From Methanotrichaceae archaeon (GTDB lineage: Archaea; Halobacteriota; Methanosarcinia; Methanotrichales; Methanotrichaceae): DNA of 64,000 bases. The notes beneath the pieces were generated by a model. The model did not search any database, was not told the DNA's origin, and was given only the letters and a program-made list of their open reading frames with translations. The stretch covers positions 64,001 through 128,000 of the forward strand of contig CAWEXU010000017.1 of assembly GCA_963813075.1 (NCBI GenBank), read 5' to 3'. Positions 11,518-21,838 of the stretch are shown here, piece by piece. Positions within the stretch are counted from its first letter, which is position 1. Each line of letters opens with the position of its first letter. A program made the translations under genes and the position numbers.

Positions 11518-11733
11518 ATGGGAAGCGTAAAGCCTAGTTATATTAAGAATTTCGCGTCGGACCTGTTGAGAACCTACGAGAGCTCATTTAGCCCTGATTT
11601 TGAGCAGAATAAGCTGATGGTATCCGAGTATACCGATATCAAGAACAAAACCATCCGCAACCGGGTAGCAGGCTACATATCTAATGTGATGAGACAGAGA
11701 AGTACGAGAAGAGAGGTCGAGGTTGATGTATAG
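11518..11733 (+). CDS. rps17e: 30S ribosomal protein S17e (eS17)
   Basis: Sequence 'MGSVKPSYIK...DFEQNK...KTIRNRVAGYI'. Confidence 0.93.
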   Translation: MGSVKPSYIKNFASDLLRTYESSFSPDFEQNKLMVSEYTDIKNKTIRNRVAGYISNVMRQRSTRREVEVDV

Positions 11734-12601
11734 AGGCGTGTTTCCTGCTATAATCACGCCATTTAATGAGGACCTTAGCCTGGATGAGGAGGGGCTTAAG
11801 AGAAACGTAGAGTACCTGAATAAGACTGGAATCGCAGGCATAGTACCCTGCGGCACCACCGGTGAATCAGCCACATTGACTATGGCGGAGCATAAGCGAG
11901 TGGTGGAGATTGTGGTAGAGAACTCCAGGGTGCCGGTGATAGCAGGCACGGGCTCCAATAATACCCGCGAGGCGGTGGAATTGACCTGTCACGCCGCAGA
12001 GGCGGGAGCAGATGCTGCCCTGCTGATCACCCCCTACTACAATAAACCCAATGACCGCGGCATGTTCGAACATTTCAAGGCCGTGGCTGAAAAGTGCGAC
12101 ATCCCCATAGTGCTCTACAATGTTCCCAAGAGGACGGGAATCGACCTCAAGCCGGAGCTTGTGGCAAAACTCTCCCGGATAAAGAACATCGTAGCCATAA
12201 AAGAGGCCAGCGGGAGCCTTCCCCAGCTATCTCAAATAATTGAGCAGACTCGAGGAAGCGACTTTTCCGTTCTCTGTGGCGACGATGATCTCACCCTGCC
12301 AGCAATGGCCCTGGGGGCACAGGGCGTGATCTCTGTGGTAGCCAATGTCGCTCCCAAAAAGACGGTGGCCATGGTTGACGCCATTTTCAAGGGCGACCTG
12401 GATCGAGCGAGGTCCCTGCATTATGAGCTTGCCCCCCTGGTTCGAGCGATGTTCCTTGAGACCAATCCCATACCGGTAAAGTCCGCTCAGAAATACCTGG
12501 GACTGGCAGGCGGCCCGCTGCGTCTTCCCCTGGCGGAGATGGCCCCGGATAAGGAGAAGATCCTAAAAGAGATCCTGGAGTCACTGGGCGAGAGAGCATG
12601 A
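11726..12601 (+). CDS. dapA: 4-hydroxy-tetrahydrodipicolinate synthase
   Basis: Motifs GTTGES, TPYYNKP, LYNVPKRTG, IKEASG and ETNPIPVK. Confidence 0.96.
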   Translation: MYRGVFPAIITPFNEDLSLDEEGLKRNVEYLNKTGIAGIVPCGTTGESATLTMAEHKRVVEIVVENSRVPVIAGTGSNNTREAVELTCHAAEAGADAALLITPYYNKPNDRGMFEHFKAVAEKCDIPIVLYNVPKRTGIDLKPELVAKLSRIKNIVAIKEASGSLPQLSQIIEQTRGSDFSVLCGDDDLTLPAMALGAQGVISVVANVAPKKTVAMVDAIFKGDLDRARSLHYELAPLVRAMFLETNPIPVKSAQKYLGLAGGPLRLPLAEMAPDKEKILKEILESLGERA

Positions 12602-13392
12602 CTCGTATTGCGGTTACTGGAGCGCTGGGACGCATGGGCACCCTGGTCATCCAGGAGGCGGCCAGGGCTGGGGGCATGGAGCTGGTCGCCGGCCTGGATG
12701 CCGTCGGTGCGGGAAAGCCGCTTTCTGGAGGCGTTTTGGTGAGGGATGCATCTGAACTCGAGCAGGTCCTAAAAGAGAGCAAACCGGATGTGCTCATCGA
12801 TTTTACCATTGCCAGCGCATCCGTGGTGAACGCATCCATCGCCGCCTCTCAGGGTGTGGCTTTAGTGGTGGGAACCACGGGCATAACTCCTGAGCAGCAT
12901 TCCCGGATGAGGGAAGCGATAGAAGGCCGTGTGGCTGCGGTTATTACCCCTAACTTCAGCGTGGGAGTCAACCTTTTCTGGAAGCTGGTGGCTGATGCGG
13001 CTGCAGCTCTGAAGGGCTCAGACTATGACATTGAGATCATAGAAGCTCATCATAATCAGAAGAAGGATGCCCCCAGCGGAACCGCTCTGGCCACAGTGGA
13101 GGCCATAAGGAAAGCGCGGGGAGAGGCATATCCATCGGATCCTTCTGATGTCATTTACGGCCGGAAAGGGATCATGCCCCGGGGCAAAGAGATCGGAGTT
13201 CATGCCGTGCGGGCGGGAGATATCGTGGGAGATCACACCGTTCTTTTGGCTGGTCCGGGCGAGAGGCTGGAGATAAGGCACCAGGCCCATAGCAGAACTG
13301 CTTTCGCCAGCGGAGCAGTGCGAGCAGCATCTTGGGTGGTGGGCAAGAAACCTGGTGTTTACAGCATGGCGGACGTTCTAGAATCAAGATGA
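12598..13392 (+). CDS. dapB: 4-hydroxy-tetrahydrodipicolinate reductase
   Basis: Motifs GALGRMG and EAHHNQKKDAPSGTA. Confidence 0.96.
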   Translation: MTRIAVTGALGRMGTLVIQEAARAGGMELVAGLDAVGAGKPLSGGVLVRDASELEQVLKESKPDVLIDFTIASASVVNASIAASQGVALVVGTTGITPEQHSRMREAIEGRVAAVITPNFSVGVNLFWKLVADAAAALKGSDYDIEIIEAHHNQKKDAPSGTALATVEAIRKARGEAYPSDPSDVIYGRKGIMPRGKEIGVHAVRAGDIVGDHTVLLAGPGERLEIRHQAHSRTAFASGAVRAASWVVGKKPGVYSMADVLESR

Positions 13393-13814
13393 ACCAACTG
13401 GCGGAAGAAGGCCTGTTCCTTCTGTACAGCGGAGAGCGGTTGGATCCCGTTTCCCGGTCGAGGAATGTGATTGGCTTTTGCGGCCATTGCGGATCGGACC
13501 TGGAGAGCCTGGCTTATTACTGCACCGACCAGGAATGGCTGATCTCCGCTCGCTGCAAGAATGAGCATCTGGCTCTGATTCGCTATGATAAGAGCTGGAA
13601 ATGGAAGGATGACCTACCGCTTGAACTCTCCAGGGAAGAGGTGAAGATAGCCGAGCTGCCACGAGAGAAGCTGGATATCGTCTTCACCCCTGCTGAGGTC
13701 AGAGACATGATAGCCTGCCAGGAGGGATTGCCCTATACCAGGCAGAACATCTACCGCGCCCGGGGAAAATACCAGAAGTTTGAGAAGCTTTTCGGCATTA
13801 AGATCGACATTTAG
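13389..13814 (+). CDS. Hypothetical protein with putative Zn-binding CxxC...C/H motif
   Basis: Start overlaps the dapB stop (ATGA). Contains CGHC...CKNEH. Confidence 0.7.
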   Translation: MNQLAEEGLFLLYSGERLDPVSRSRNVIGFCGHCGSDLESLAYYCTDQEWLISARCKNEHLALIRYDKSWKWKDDLPLELSREEVKIAELPREKLDIVFTPAEVRDMIACQEGLPYTRQNIYRARGKYQKFEKLFGIKIDI

Positions 13815-14000
13815 TCTCGCATCAAATTTTGTGCATAAACATGTCTATCCAGGCAGAAAATGAATCCGAACTTCAGAATAGTAATATTGTTATAAAAATT
13901 TTACATACTGCAAACTGGGGCTATTTTTTTAATCCTCTATGTTCCCTATATTATCTAATTTTATAAAATAAAGGGATTAGCCCACTGGCTCATTCAGCCT

Positions 14001-14096
14001 TTAAAACAGGCCGGTCAAGAACACTATGGGCACAATAAACAGTACTACGAAACCGATAAGCATTAATCCAATTGCCAGACCATTTCCACCTGCCAT
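14001..14096 (-). CDS. 31-aa single-pass membrane microprotein (MAGGNGLAIGLMLIGFVVLFIVPIVFLTGLF)
   Basis: GGAGG 6 nt before ATG and an AT-rich TATA-like box upstream. Fully hydrophobic core. Below the ORF-track cutoff. Confidence 0.6.
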   Translation of the reverse strand: MAGGNGLAIGLMLIGFVVLFIVPIVFLTGLF

Positions 14097-14322
14097 GAAG
14101 ATCCTCCTACTTTCTTTGGCTACTGCTTGGAAGAGGTAATATTAATTACTATCGGATAGGGCCTCACCTCTGCCGACCCAAAATCGCCTGCCTGCCCGGA
14201 TTTTGATTCTCCAGAACCCTCGCCCGCTCACCGCCCCGAGACAAACTCCGCTCTGACCCCATCTACACAAGGTTTATTTAATTTAACCCGCAGGTGAATT
14301 TCAGCAAATTATGAGGAATGCT

Positions 14323-14829
14323 ATGCGACTTTCCATGGATTTAGAGCTGCAGGATGTTCCCGGCCAGCTGCTCCTGGCGATGCAACCCTTGAGTGATAAC
14401 AAGGCCAACATCATCAGCGTAGTTCACCACAGGGACCGCAAAACCCCCCGAGGCATGATCCCGGTCCGATTCGTTGTGGAGATGGACCGTTCAAGAATCG
14501 AGACTGTGCAGTCCAGGCTAAAAGAGAGCGGAATCTCTGTAGTGCGGGCGGGCGAGGACCGGTTCATCGAAGCGGTATCGGTTGTGCTGGTGGGCCACGT
14601 TCTGGACAGCGACCTGGGCGACACCATAAACCGGATCGACTCCACCGGCTACGCTGAGGTGGTAGACCTTTCCCTGACCATGCCGGGAGTGAATGAGCAC
14701 TCCTCCGCCTACCTCAAGATTCGCGCCACAGGCAAGGCCGAGATCCAAAAGGCTTTGACCGTTTTGCGCAGTGTGGGCGAGGAGAAGAAGCTGCTTGTTA
14801 TCGAGCCTATCGAGACGGAGGCAGTATGA
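14323..14829 (+). CDS. ACT-domain allosteric subunit of homoserine dehydrogenase
   Basis: Sequence 'LELQDVPGQLL...ANIISVVH'. Stop overlaps the hom start. Confidence 0.85.
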   Translation: MRLSMDLELQDVPGQLLLAMQPLSDNKANIISVVHHRDRKTPRGMIPVRFVVEMDRSRIETVQSRLKESGISVVRAGEDRFIEAVSVVLVGHVLDSDLGDTINRIDSTGYAEVVDLSLTMPGVNEHSSAYLKIRATGKAEIQKALTVLRSVGEEKKLLVIEPIETEAV

Positions 14830-15833
14830 GAGACATTAAGGTATCCCTGGTGGGCTACGGCATAGTGGGCCACGGAGTGGTTGATGTCCTCACCAGAAAG
14901 AAGGAGATCCTCCGCGATATGGGCCTGAACCTGTTGCTGGTCAGCGTCACCGATCACACCGGTACAGTGATGTCCGAGGACGGAGTGGATGCGAAAAAGA
15001 TCCTGGGAGAGAGGACCCTGGCCAATGTGGCCACCTCGGGCATGAAGGGCAAAGAGGCCATCACTGCCATAGACTCCGACCTGATGATCGAGGTCACCCC
15101 CACCAACATCGTTCACGGCCAGCCGGGCCTGGGACATATGGAAGCGGCCCTGGCCAGCGGCAAGCATGTGGTGACATCCAACAAAGGGCCTTTAGTCGTA
15201 TCCTACGGCAGCCTCAAGAAGCTGGCCGAGGACAACGGCGTGATGCTGAAGTTCGAGGCCACTGTTGGCGGAACCATGCCCCTGATCAGCCTGGTCGAGC
15301 GCACCCTGGTGGGCAACACGATCCTCGGCGTCCGGGGGATATTCAATGGCACCTGCAACTATATCCTCACCCGGATGACCGAGGAGGGGATACCCTATGC
15401 TCACGCCCTGAGCGAGGCTCAGGATCTGGGTATCGCTGAGGCCGATCCAAGCTACGATGTGGAGGGTGTGGACACTGCAGGAAAGGTGGTCATCCTGGCT
15501 AACTCCCTATTCAACATGAACGTCAAGTACTCTGATGTTAATGTGACCGGAATCACAGGAGTCACTCCTGAGGCTCTGGCTCTGGCCAAGAAGAGAGGAT
15601 ATGCCATAAAGCTGATCGGCGACGTGCCCGCGCTCACCGTCCGGCCCACTCTGGTGCCCCTGGACAGCCCCCTGGCCGTGGCCGGCACTCTCAACTCTGC
15701 TGCCATCTACACCGACCTCTCCGGAACGATCACCGTATCCGGTCTTGGTGCAGGCTCCATAGAGACGGCCTCGGCCATCCTCACCGATATCGTCAGCATC
15801 TACAGGACCAAGCGCATAGATGCCATATTCTAG
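14826..15833 (+). CDS. hom: Homoserine dehydrogenase
   Basis: Motifs GYGIVG, VVTSNKGP, FEATVGG, GIFNGTCNYIL and AEADPSYDVEG. Confidence 0.95.
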   Translation: MRDIKVSLVGYGIVGHGVVDVLTRKKEILRDMGLNLLLVSVTDHTGTVMSEDGVDAKKILGERTLANVATSGMKGKEAITAIDSDLMIEVTPTNIVHGQPGLGHMEAALASGKHVVTSNKGPLVVSYGSLKKLAEDNGVMLKFEATVGGTMPLISLVERTLVGNTILGVRGIFNGTCNYILTRMTEEGIPYAHALSEAQDLGIAEADPSYDVEGVDTAGKVVILANSLFNMNVKYSDVNVTGITGVTPEALALAKKRGYAIKLIGDVPALTVRPTLVPLDSPLAVAGTLNSAAIYTDLSGTITVSGLGAGSIETASAILTDIVSIYRTKRIDAIF

Positions 15834-15854
15834 ATCGATGACTGAGACTGGAGA

Positions 15855-17525
15855 ATGACCAGCTTCCTGAGCTTCGCCGAGCTGTGCCAGAGGGTGGAGG
15901 GGGTGTCCGGCTCCCTGGAGAAGATCGACCTGGCAGCAGCATTCCTGAAGGAGCTGAATGATGATGAGCTGGCGGTCGCATCCGGCTTCATCATGGGGGA
16001 CCTATTCCCTCCCAGCCTGGATCTGGTGATGGGGGTGGGGCCGAGCATCCTCTATGAGGCGATGGCGAGGGCCTGCGGATGCTCGACAGAGAAGATCTCA
16101 GATATGCTGCGCGCCACCGGAGACCCGGGGCTGGTGGCATCGGCAGCGGTGGAGAAGAAAAAGCCCATCGGATTTGCCGCCTTCGTCGAAGATGAGCCGC
16201 TCTGTATCGAAGAGGTCTATCAGAGGTTCCTGGCCGTGGCCCGGGCCTCGGGAAAGGGAAGCCAGGACACCAGGATCAAGAACCTGCAGTATCTTTTCAG
16301 TAAGGCCACGCCGCTGGAGGCTCAGTACATCGCCCGGCTGGCGATAGAGGATATGAGAATAGGCATCGGTGAAGGAGGAATCAGAGATGCCATTGCCAGG
16401 GCTTTTTCTCGTGAGGCGGCGGATGTGGAGAGGGCCTACAATCTGACCAACGATATTGGTCTGGTGGCAGTCAATGCCCGAAAAGGGACGCTCTCGGATC
16501 TGAATGTGCTGATCAACCATCCCATCAAGATGATGCTCGCCCAGCTGGGTGAGGGAATCCCTGCCTCCATGCAGGAGCTGGGGTCTGCAGCAGTCGAGTG
16601 GAAGTACGATGGGGCAAGGGTGCAGATCCATAAGGATGGGAAGAGGGTGCGCATATTCTCCCGCCGGCTGGAGGATGTGACGCGCTCTTTGCCCGAGATC
16701 GTCCGTCTGGCCCAGGAGGTCAGAGCGGATAAGGCCATCCTGGACGGAGAGGCGGTGGCCATTGGCAAAGACTCGAGACCTTTGGCCTTCCAGGAGATCT
16801 TGAAGCGCTTTCGCAGGAAATACAATGTGGAAAAGCAGGCCAAAGAGACGCCTCTGCGCTTATTCCTGTTCGATCTGATATACCTGGATGGCAAAAGCAC
16901 CGTGGATCTGCCCCTGGCCAGACGGCGGGAGCTGCTGGAGGGAATTGTCGATCCTTCGATACTGGCGGGTCAGGTCGTCACCGACAGCGTCCAGAAGGCA
17001 GAGGAGATATACCGCCAGGCACTGGAGACCGGCCATGAGGGGCTGATCCTCAAAAATCCCCTGTCATTATACTCTCCGGGCAAGAGGGGCAAGAACTGGC
17101 TGAAGATCAAGCCGGTCATGGAGACACTGGACCTGGCGGTGATCGGAGCAAAGTGGGGCGAGGGCAGAAGAGCGAGCTTCCTGGGGTCATACCGGCTGGC
17201 CTGTCTGGATGAAGCCACGGGCAAGCTCCTGGACATAGGCTGGGTGGCCACCGGCCTTACGGACGAGGCCCTGGCTGAGCTGACGGAGATGTTCCGAGAG
17301 CTGATCTTGGTGCAGAAGGGCATGGAGGTTGAGCTGAAGCCGGCGGTGATCTTCGAGGTGGCCTATGAGGAGATACAAAAGAGCCAGAGCTACTCATCGG
17401 GATATGCTCTTCGTTTTCCCAGATTGGTGAGGGTGAGAGATGACAAGTCCCTGGAGGAGGCGGACAGCCTGGAGAGGGTGGAGTCCCTCTACCGGGTGCA
17501 GCGGGGAAGGAGCAACTCCCGCTGA
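15855..17525 (+). CDS. lig: ATP-dependent DNA ligase
   Basis: Motifs EWKYDGARVQ, HEGLILK, WLKIKP and ALRFPR. Confidence 0.96.
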   Translation: MTSFLSFAELCQRVEGVSGSLEKIDLAAAFLKELNDDELAVASGFIMGDLFPPSLDLVMGVGPSILYEAMARACGCSTEKISDMLRATGDPGLVASAAVEKKKPIGFAAFVEDEPLCIEEVYQRFLAVARASGKGSQDTRIKNLQYLFSKATPLEAQYIARLAIEDMRIGIGEGGIRDAIARAFSREAADVERAYNLTNDIGLVAVNARKGTLSDLNVLINHPIKMMLAQLGEGIPASMQELGSAAVEWKYDGARVQIHKDGKRVRIFSRRLEDVTRSLPEIVRLAQEVRADKAILDGEAVAIGKDSRPLAFQEILKRFRRKYNVEKQAKETPLRLFLFDLIYLDGKSTVDLPLARRRELLEGIVDPSILAGQVVTDSVQKAEEIYRQALETGHEGLILKNPLSLYSPGKRGKNWLKIKPVMETLDLAVIGAKWGEGRRASFLGSYRLACLDEATGKLLDIGWVATGLTDEALAELTEMFRELILVQKGMEVELKPAVIFEVAYEEIQKSQSYSSGYALRFPRLVRVRDDKSLEEADSLERVESLYRVQRGRSNSR

Positions 17526-17558
17526 TGGGCGCATTTTCAGGATAATGGAGGTTTTAAG

Positions 17559-18845
17559 ATGATAACTAAAAGGCTGGGCGAGCTGAAGGACGAGGATCTG
17601 CGTTCACTTCTCTCCAGGGATGTGGGCATTCAGGATGTCCTTCCCGCGGTAAATGAGATCATTATGGAGGTTGGGTCGAAGGGAGATGAGGCTCTTTTCA
17701 AGTACACAGAGAGGTTCGAGGGGGCACACCTGGATGACCTGCGCGTGACCCAGGAGGAGATCGATGCATCATACGACCTGGTGGATGACAGGCTTCTTGA
17801 GGCTCTCTCCGCCGCGGCAGATCATATCTTCTATTTCCATAATGAACAGAAAGAGCATGACTTCTGGATGAGCGAGGCATCTCCTGGGGTGCTGGTGGGC
17901 CAGAAGGTCGTCCCCCTGGACTCTGTGGGGGCTTATGTTCCCGGGGGCAGGGCGGCGTACCCCAGCTCGGCCCTGATGACCGTCATTCCGGCCAAAGTGG
18001 CGGATGTGCCCAGGATTGTGGTCTGCACCCCGCCCCAAAAGGACGGATCGATCAATCCGCTGACACTGGCTGCTGCGGATATGGCCGGAGCGGACGAGAT
18101 CTACAAGCTTGGCGGAGCCCAGGCCATAGCGGCCATGGCTTTAGGCACAGACAGCATTGAAAGGGTGGACAAGATCGTGGGGCCGGGCAATATCTATGTC
18201 ACTGCCGCCAAGATGCTCACCCGAGGCTCGGTGGAGATCGATTTTCCTGCCGGGCCGAGCGAGGTTTTGATCCTGGCCGACCGGACGGCGGATCCTGGGG
18301 TCATAGCTGCCGATATGATCGCTCAGGGAGAGCACGATCCCAAATCGATCTCCGTTTTCGTGTCCCTGGATGATCTCCTGGCCAGCGCCGTGGCAGAGGA
18401 GCTGAACATTCAGGCTCCTGGGGCTGCACGCAGCGATATCGTCGCTGAGAGCCTGGAGCACAGTGCCATTCTGCTGGCGGATGATATGGATGAGGCGCTT
18501 GACTTCGTCAATGCCTTTGCCCCGGAGCATCTGGAGATCGTCACCAAGGAGCCGATGAACGTCCTGAGGTCCATTCGAAATGCGGGGAGTGTGTTCCTGG
18601 GAAAGTTCACCCCGGTGGCGGCAGGGGATTATGCCAGCGGGACGAATCACGTGCTTCCCACCTCGGGATATGCCCGCATCTTCTCCGGCCTGAATGTGGA
18701 CCACTTCACCAAGAAGATGACCCTGCAGATGATCACTGATGAGGGATTGCTGGGGCTGGAGGAGACGATCACCACTCTGGCCGAGGCGGAGGGGCTGCTC
18801 GCCCATGCCGAGTCGGTGAGAAGAAGGCTGGAGCCGCGGGAATGA
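17559..18845 (+). CDS. hisD: Histidinol dehydrogenase
   Basis: Motifs YVPGG, KIVGPGN, AGPSE, QGEHD, APEHL and [13 protein letters not shown]. Confidence 0.96.
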   Translation: MITKRLGELKDEDLRSLLSRDVGIQDVLPAVNEIIMEVGSKGDEALFKYTERFEGAHLDDLRVTQEEIDASYDLVDDRLLEALSAAADHIFYFHNEQKEHDFWMSEASPGVLVGQKVVPLDSVGAYVPGGRAAYPSSALMTVIPAKVADVPRIVVCTPPQKDGSINPLTLAAADMAGADEIYKLGGAQAIAAMALGTDSIERVDKIVGPGNIYVTAAKMLTRGSVEIDFPAGPSEVLILADRTADPGVIAADMIAQGEHDPKSISVFVSLDDLLASAVAEELNIQAPGAARSDIVAESLEHSAILLADDMDEALDFVNAFAPEHLEIVTKEPMNVLRSIRNAGSVFLGKFTPVAAGDYASGTNHVLPTSGYARIFSGLNVDHFTKKMTLQMITDEGLLGLEETITTLAEAEGLLAHAESVRRRLEPRE

Positions 18846-18877
18846 AATCCGCCCTCCTGATATCCGCCTGAGCAGCA

Positions 18878-19739
18878 GTGTCAGAGCATCTGCTGGAGAT
18901 GGCCGGGGCCCTTGTCAGGGTCCGGGACGGCAAAGTCGAGGTTCTGACTGAGCCTGCCATACGCTCGTGCCCTCTGCGCCGGGATCTGTACGGCATCAAG
19001 ATCGAGAGCAAAGAGACTGTCAAGCGGGTCCTGGAAGAGCATATGGCAGAGCTTGGCATGTACGGCCCGAAGAGAGTCCTGGAGCTTGAGAACAAGCCGG
19101 TGAGCTTTGGAGCCAGTGAGATCCTCTCAGATGCCCTGTCCGAAGGGCTCATCGATGCTGCAGTGCTGGTCTCGGAGGGAGCGGGAACGGTGGTGGCGAC
19201 CAAGCCCGAGGTCCTGCAGGCCATCGGGGCGCACATGACCGGCCTGGTAAAGACCGAGCCCATCGAAGAGATTCAAGAGGGCCTGGAGGAGAGGGGATGC
19301 ATCCTGATCGACCGGCAGGGAACAGTAGACCAGGTTCTGGGCTTTGAGAGGGCAGTAGATGCGGGATATAGAAGGATTGCTGTAACCGTAGCCGGTGCAC
19401 AGGGCAGATGACGCTCGAGCGCTGCGGGAGAGGGAGAGTGCTCTGGGTGCCAGGGCCACAATTCTGGCCGTTCACACCACGGGCATAAGCGAGAGCGAGG
19501 CTCAGGTTCTGGCGGAATGCTGCGACCTGGTCTGGTCCTGCGCCTCCCGGGCGGTGCGGGAGGTGGCGGGAGGAAAGGCGCTGATCCAGATTGGCATTGC
19601 CATTCCCGTCTTCGCCCTCACCCCGATGGGAAAGAGGCTGATACTGAACCGGGCGATGCACTTTTCCGGGCAGCTGGTCCTGCACCGGGCGGGCCTGCCG
19701 GTGGCCCCGGAGGGAAAGCAGCCGGAGCCTCTGGTTTAA
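18878..19739 (+). CDS. DUF2099 family / methanogenesis marker protein 8 (frameshift ~19397)
   Basis: Motifs 'EP.IRSCPL', 'FGASEIL', 'EGAGTVV', 'AVHTTGIS' and 'CDLVWSCASRAVR'. Confidence 0.8.
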
Positions 19740-19749
19740 GCTTTACATG

Positions 19750-20284
19750 AATTAGGCTAGGAGGACGTATCAGTCGCTCCTCTTCATTGGGAGCGCCCTC
19801 TTCCAACCACTGGATTGGCCTTTCCCTTTCCACAGCAGGATTTACCCACAGAATCTGCCTCAGCTCGCCAGCAATGGCGGAAGCTTCACAAAAATATCTT
19901 CTCGCAGCGTCATCAAGCGAGACGATACGGTTATCTGTTGCCCTTGCCGCCTGGACAAGATGCAGATCTTTTTCCATAGCATTAAGGGCTTTTTCTGGTG
20001 GATTTGCCCGAACGATCTTTTGCCGCCAATAGAGGATCGTGATCTATTCTTGGCCGATCCACTCTCCTTTTGGCGTTCATGCTTCTTCTCCAGTGTCGAG
20101 CAAAAGGATGAGAGTGGATATCCCATTCAGCGCCTATCTCTTTTGTCATCACCAGCCGATGAGAGGTCCTCTCTATCATGACTTTTAAGAAGGCCTGGCA
20201 GAGCACACCTCTCTGGCCTCGCTCGCCGGTGGATGTGGCCACGGATGCATCGATGACCAGACACAACCCATCTGGGGATGACAT
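19750..20284 (-). CDS. PIN-like domain protein (frameshift ~20020; 3' end uncertain)
   Basis: Acidic motif set 'LVIDASV...EW...KDLHLVQAA...IVSLDD'. ATG overlaps the ATPase stop (TAATG). Confidence 0.6.
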
Positions 20285-21641
20285 TAGTTCGGCTCCAGAC
20301 GGGCCTCGGCTGCATGAATGTAACGGAGTATCGGCGTCCATTTCTGCGGAAGAGAAATCCTCAGGCCAGTCACCGAAAGCCCCTGCTTTGTCCAGGTCAG
20401 CGCTCACAGACCTCGGTAACACCATCATCCGGCCTCCTCTTGAACCAGTGGAGCTTGACCTTTTCAGGCGAGAGCTTTCCTTCGGCAACAGATCGACTGT
20501 ATGCCTAAGAGCAGCATGGAGCTATGGGTCTCTACAACCACTCGGACGCCACGGTTGGCAGCGGCCGCCAGAATTTGTGCCATCGCCATCTGGGCCTTTG
20601 GATGCAGATGGATCTCAGGCTGCTCTATGTAGACTAGTTGGCCGGGCTTTAGCCACGAGTAAGAGCAACTATTACCGGCAAGGTCTGAGATACACCAAAA
20701 CCGACGTCCGCAATGCTAACAAGATCTTTAGAATTCCACCTCGATTGCATTGCTGCAAGCGCCCAACCAAGATTTCGACGCTGGTATCATCAACGGCCTT
20801 TGATCCGACTTTCCAGGTTAATCCTAATATTTGAAGCGCATCTCCTAGATCATTCAGACGAGAGTCATTATTTTTCTGCCAGTTCATTAACAACACTTGC
20901 GGCATATAATTTTCAAAGGTTCCTGGAAATAATTTGCCTACAGCAGCAACATCATAGTTGCGCCTTGGATTTCCTCTTAGAGCAGGAACATGAATTAGTT
21001 CTCGAATGGACTTTTCAAAGCTTTCACTAATAGGGATAAGAAAAGGTTCAAATATTGTTCCTTCCCATTATCTTCAATATAAAACGCGATTAGTTCTAAA
21101 AAACATCGATTATGTATCACTTTTAGTTCAATATTTTTTTTATCCCATTTATGAAATAGATTTTTAATATGTTTCAATCTTTTAGCTAATGATGGGTTCG
21201 TGGAAATAATCTCGGGTTGTGTCCATTTTCATACTTAATTCAATTTTATCTCCAAATATCGGGTCTTTCTCGATGCCTTTATAGACCATATCAACTAATT
21301 CGATTGCTTTTTTAGGCTCTTTTCTGAATGTCTCAGTAATCGATTCATTTTCATTTATATAAATACTAAATCTAAAATCGCGCATCTTTTTTCTGCCAGA
21401 TACTTTTGATAAAAACTGTTCAACCAGAGGTATACTCGACATTAGGGCCACTAATTTTTAGTGGGCCGGGATCATAGCTCTCTTCAAGAGTTTGCTTCAT
21501 CAATAAGAGAGGCTGCATTATGCTCGATTTGCCCGAACTATTGGCTCCAGCCAGTATAGTCAAGGGACGAACTTCAATCGAGCATTCTTCCGCCAGGGAC
21601 TTGAAACCCTTTACAGAGATGCGCGTTATTCCTTCTGCCAT
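20284..21641 (-). CDS. ABC-type (AAA_15/AAA_21, DUF3696-like) ATPase, multiply frameshifted
   Basis: Walker A GANSSGKS, signature-like DVGFGVSQ, Walker B/D-loop VYIEQPEIHLHP and H-loop ETHS, translated by hand across frames. Confidence 0.8.
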
Positions 21642-21838
21642 ATAATCCTCATAAAGGCATTAGCAAATACAAGATGATAGCCTTTTCCTCATCAAAGCTC
21701 GCCCTGGAAAGCCCGCTCCAGCACCGCCGGCAGGAGGGCGTCAAGTTCGGCGGCGGTCTGGGCCTGGTGGCGCTTGAGGGCGTCGAGATTGGATTGCATG
21801 TCATCAAGGTAAGCAACAATTCGGTGCTGTTCTTCTAG

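Noticed and set aside
14160..14265. GC-rich intergenic stretch with hairpin CAAAATC...GATTTTG as SRP RNA, RNase P RNA or riboswitch
   Set aside because: No recognisable conserved motifs of those RNAs and too short. It cannot be supported without an Rfam search.
19618..19750. Pro/Ala-rich C-terminal extension of the PIN-like protein
   Set aside because: It overlaps the convergent DUF2099 gene by ~120 bp. Probably read-through caused by an indel near the true stop.
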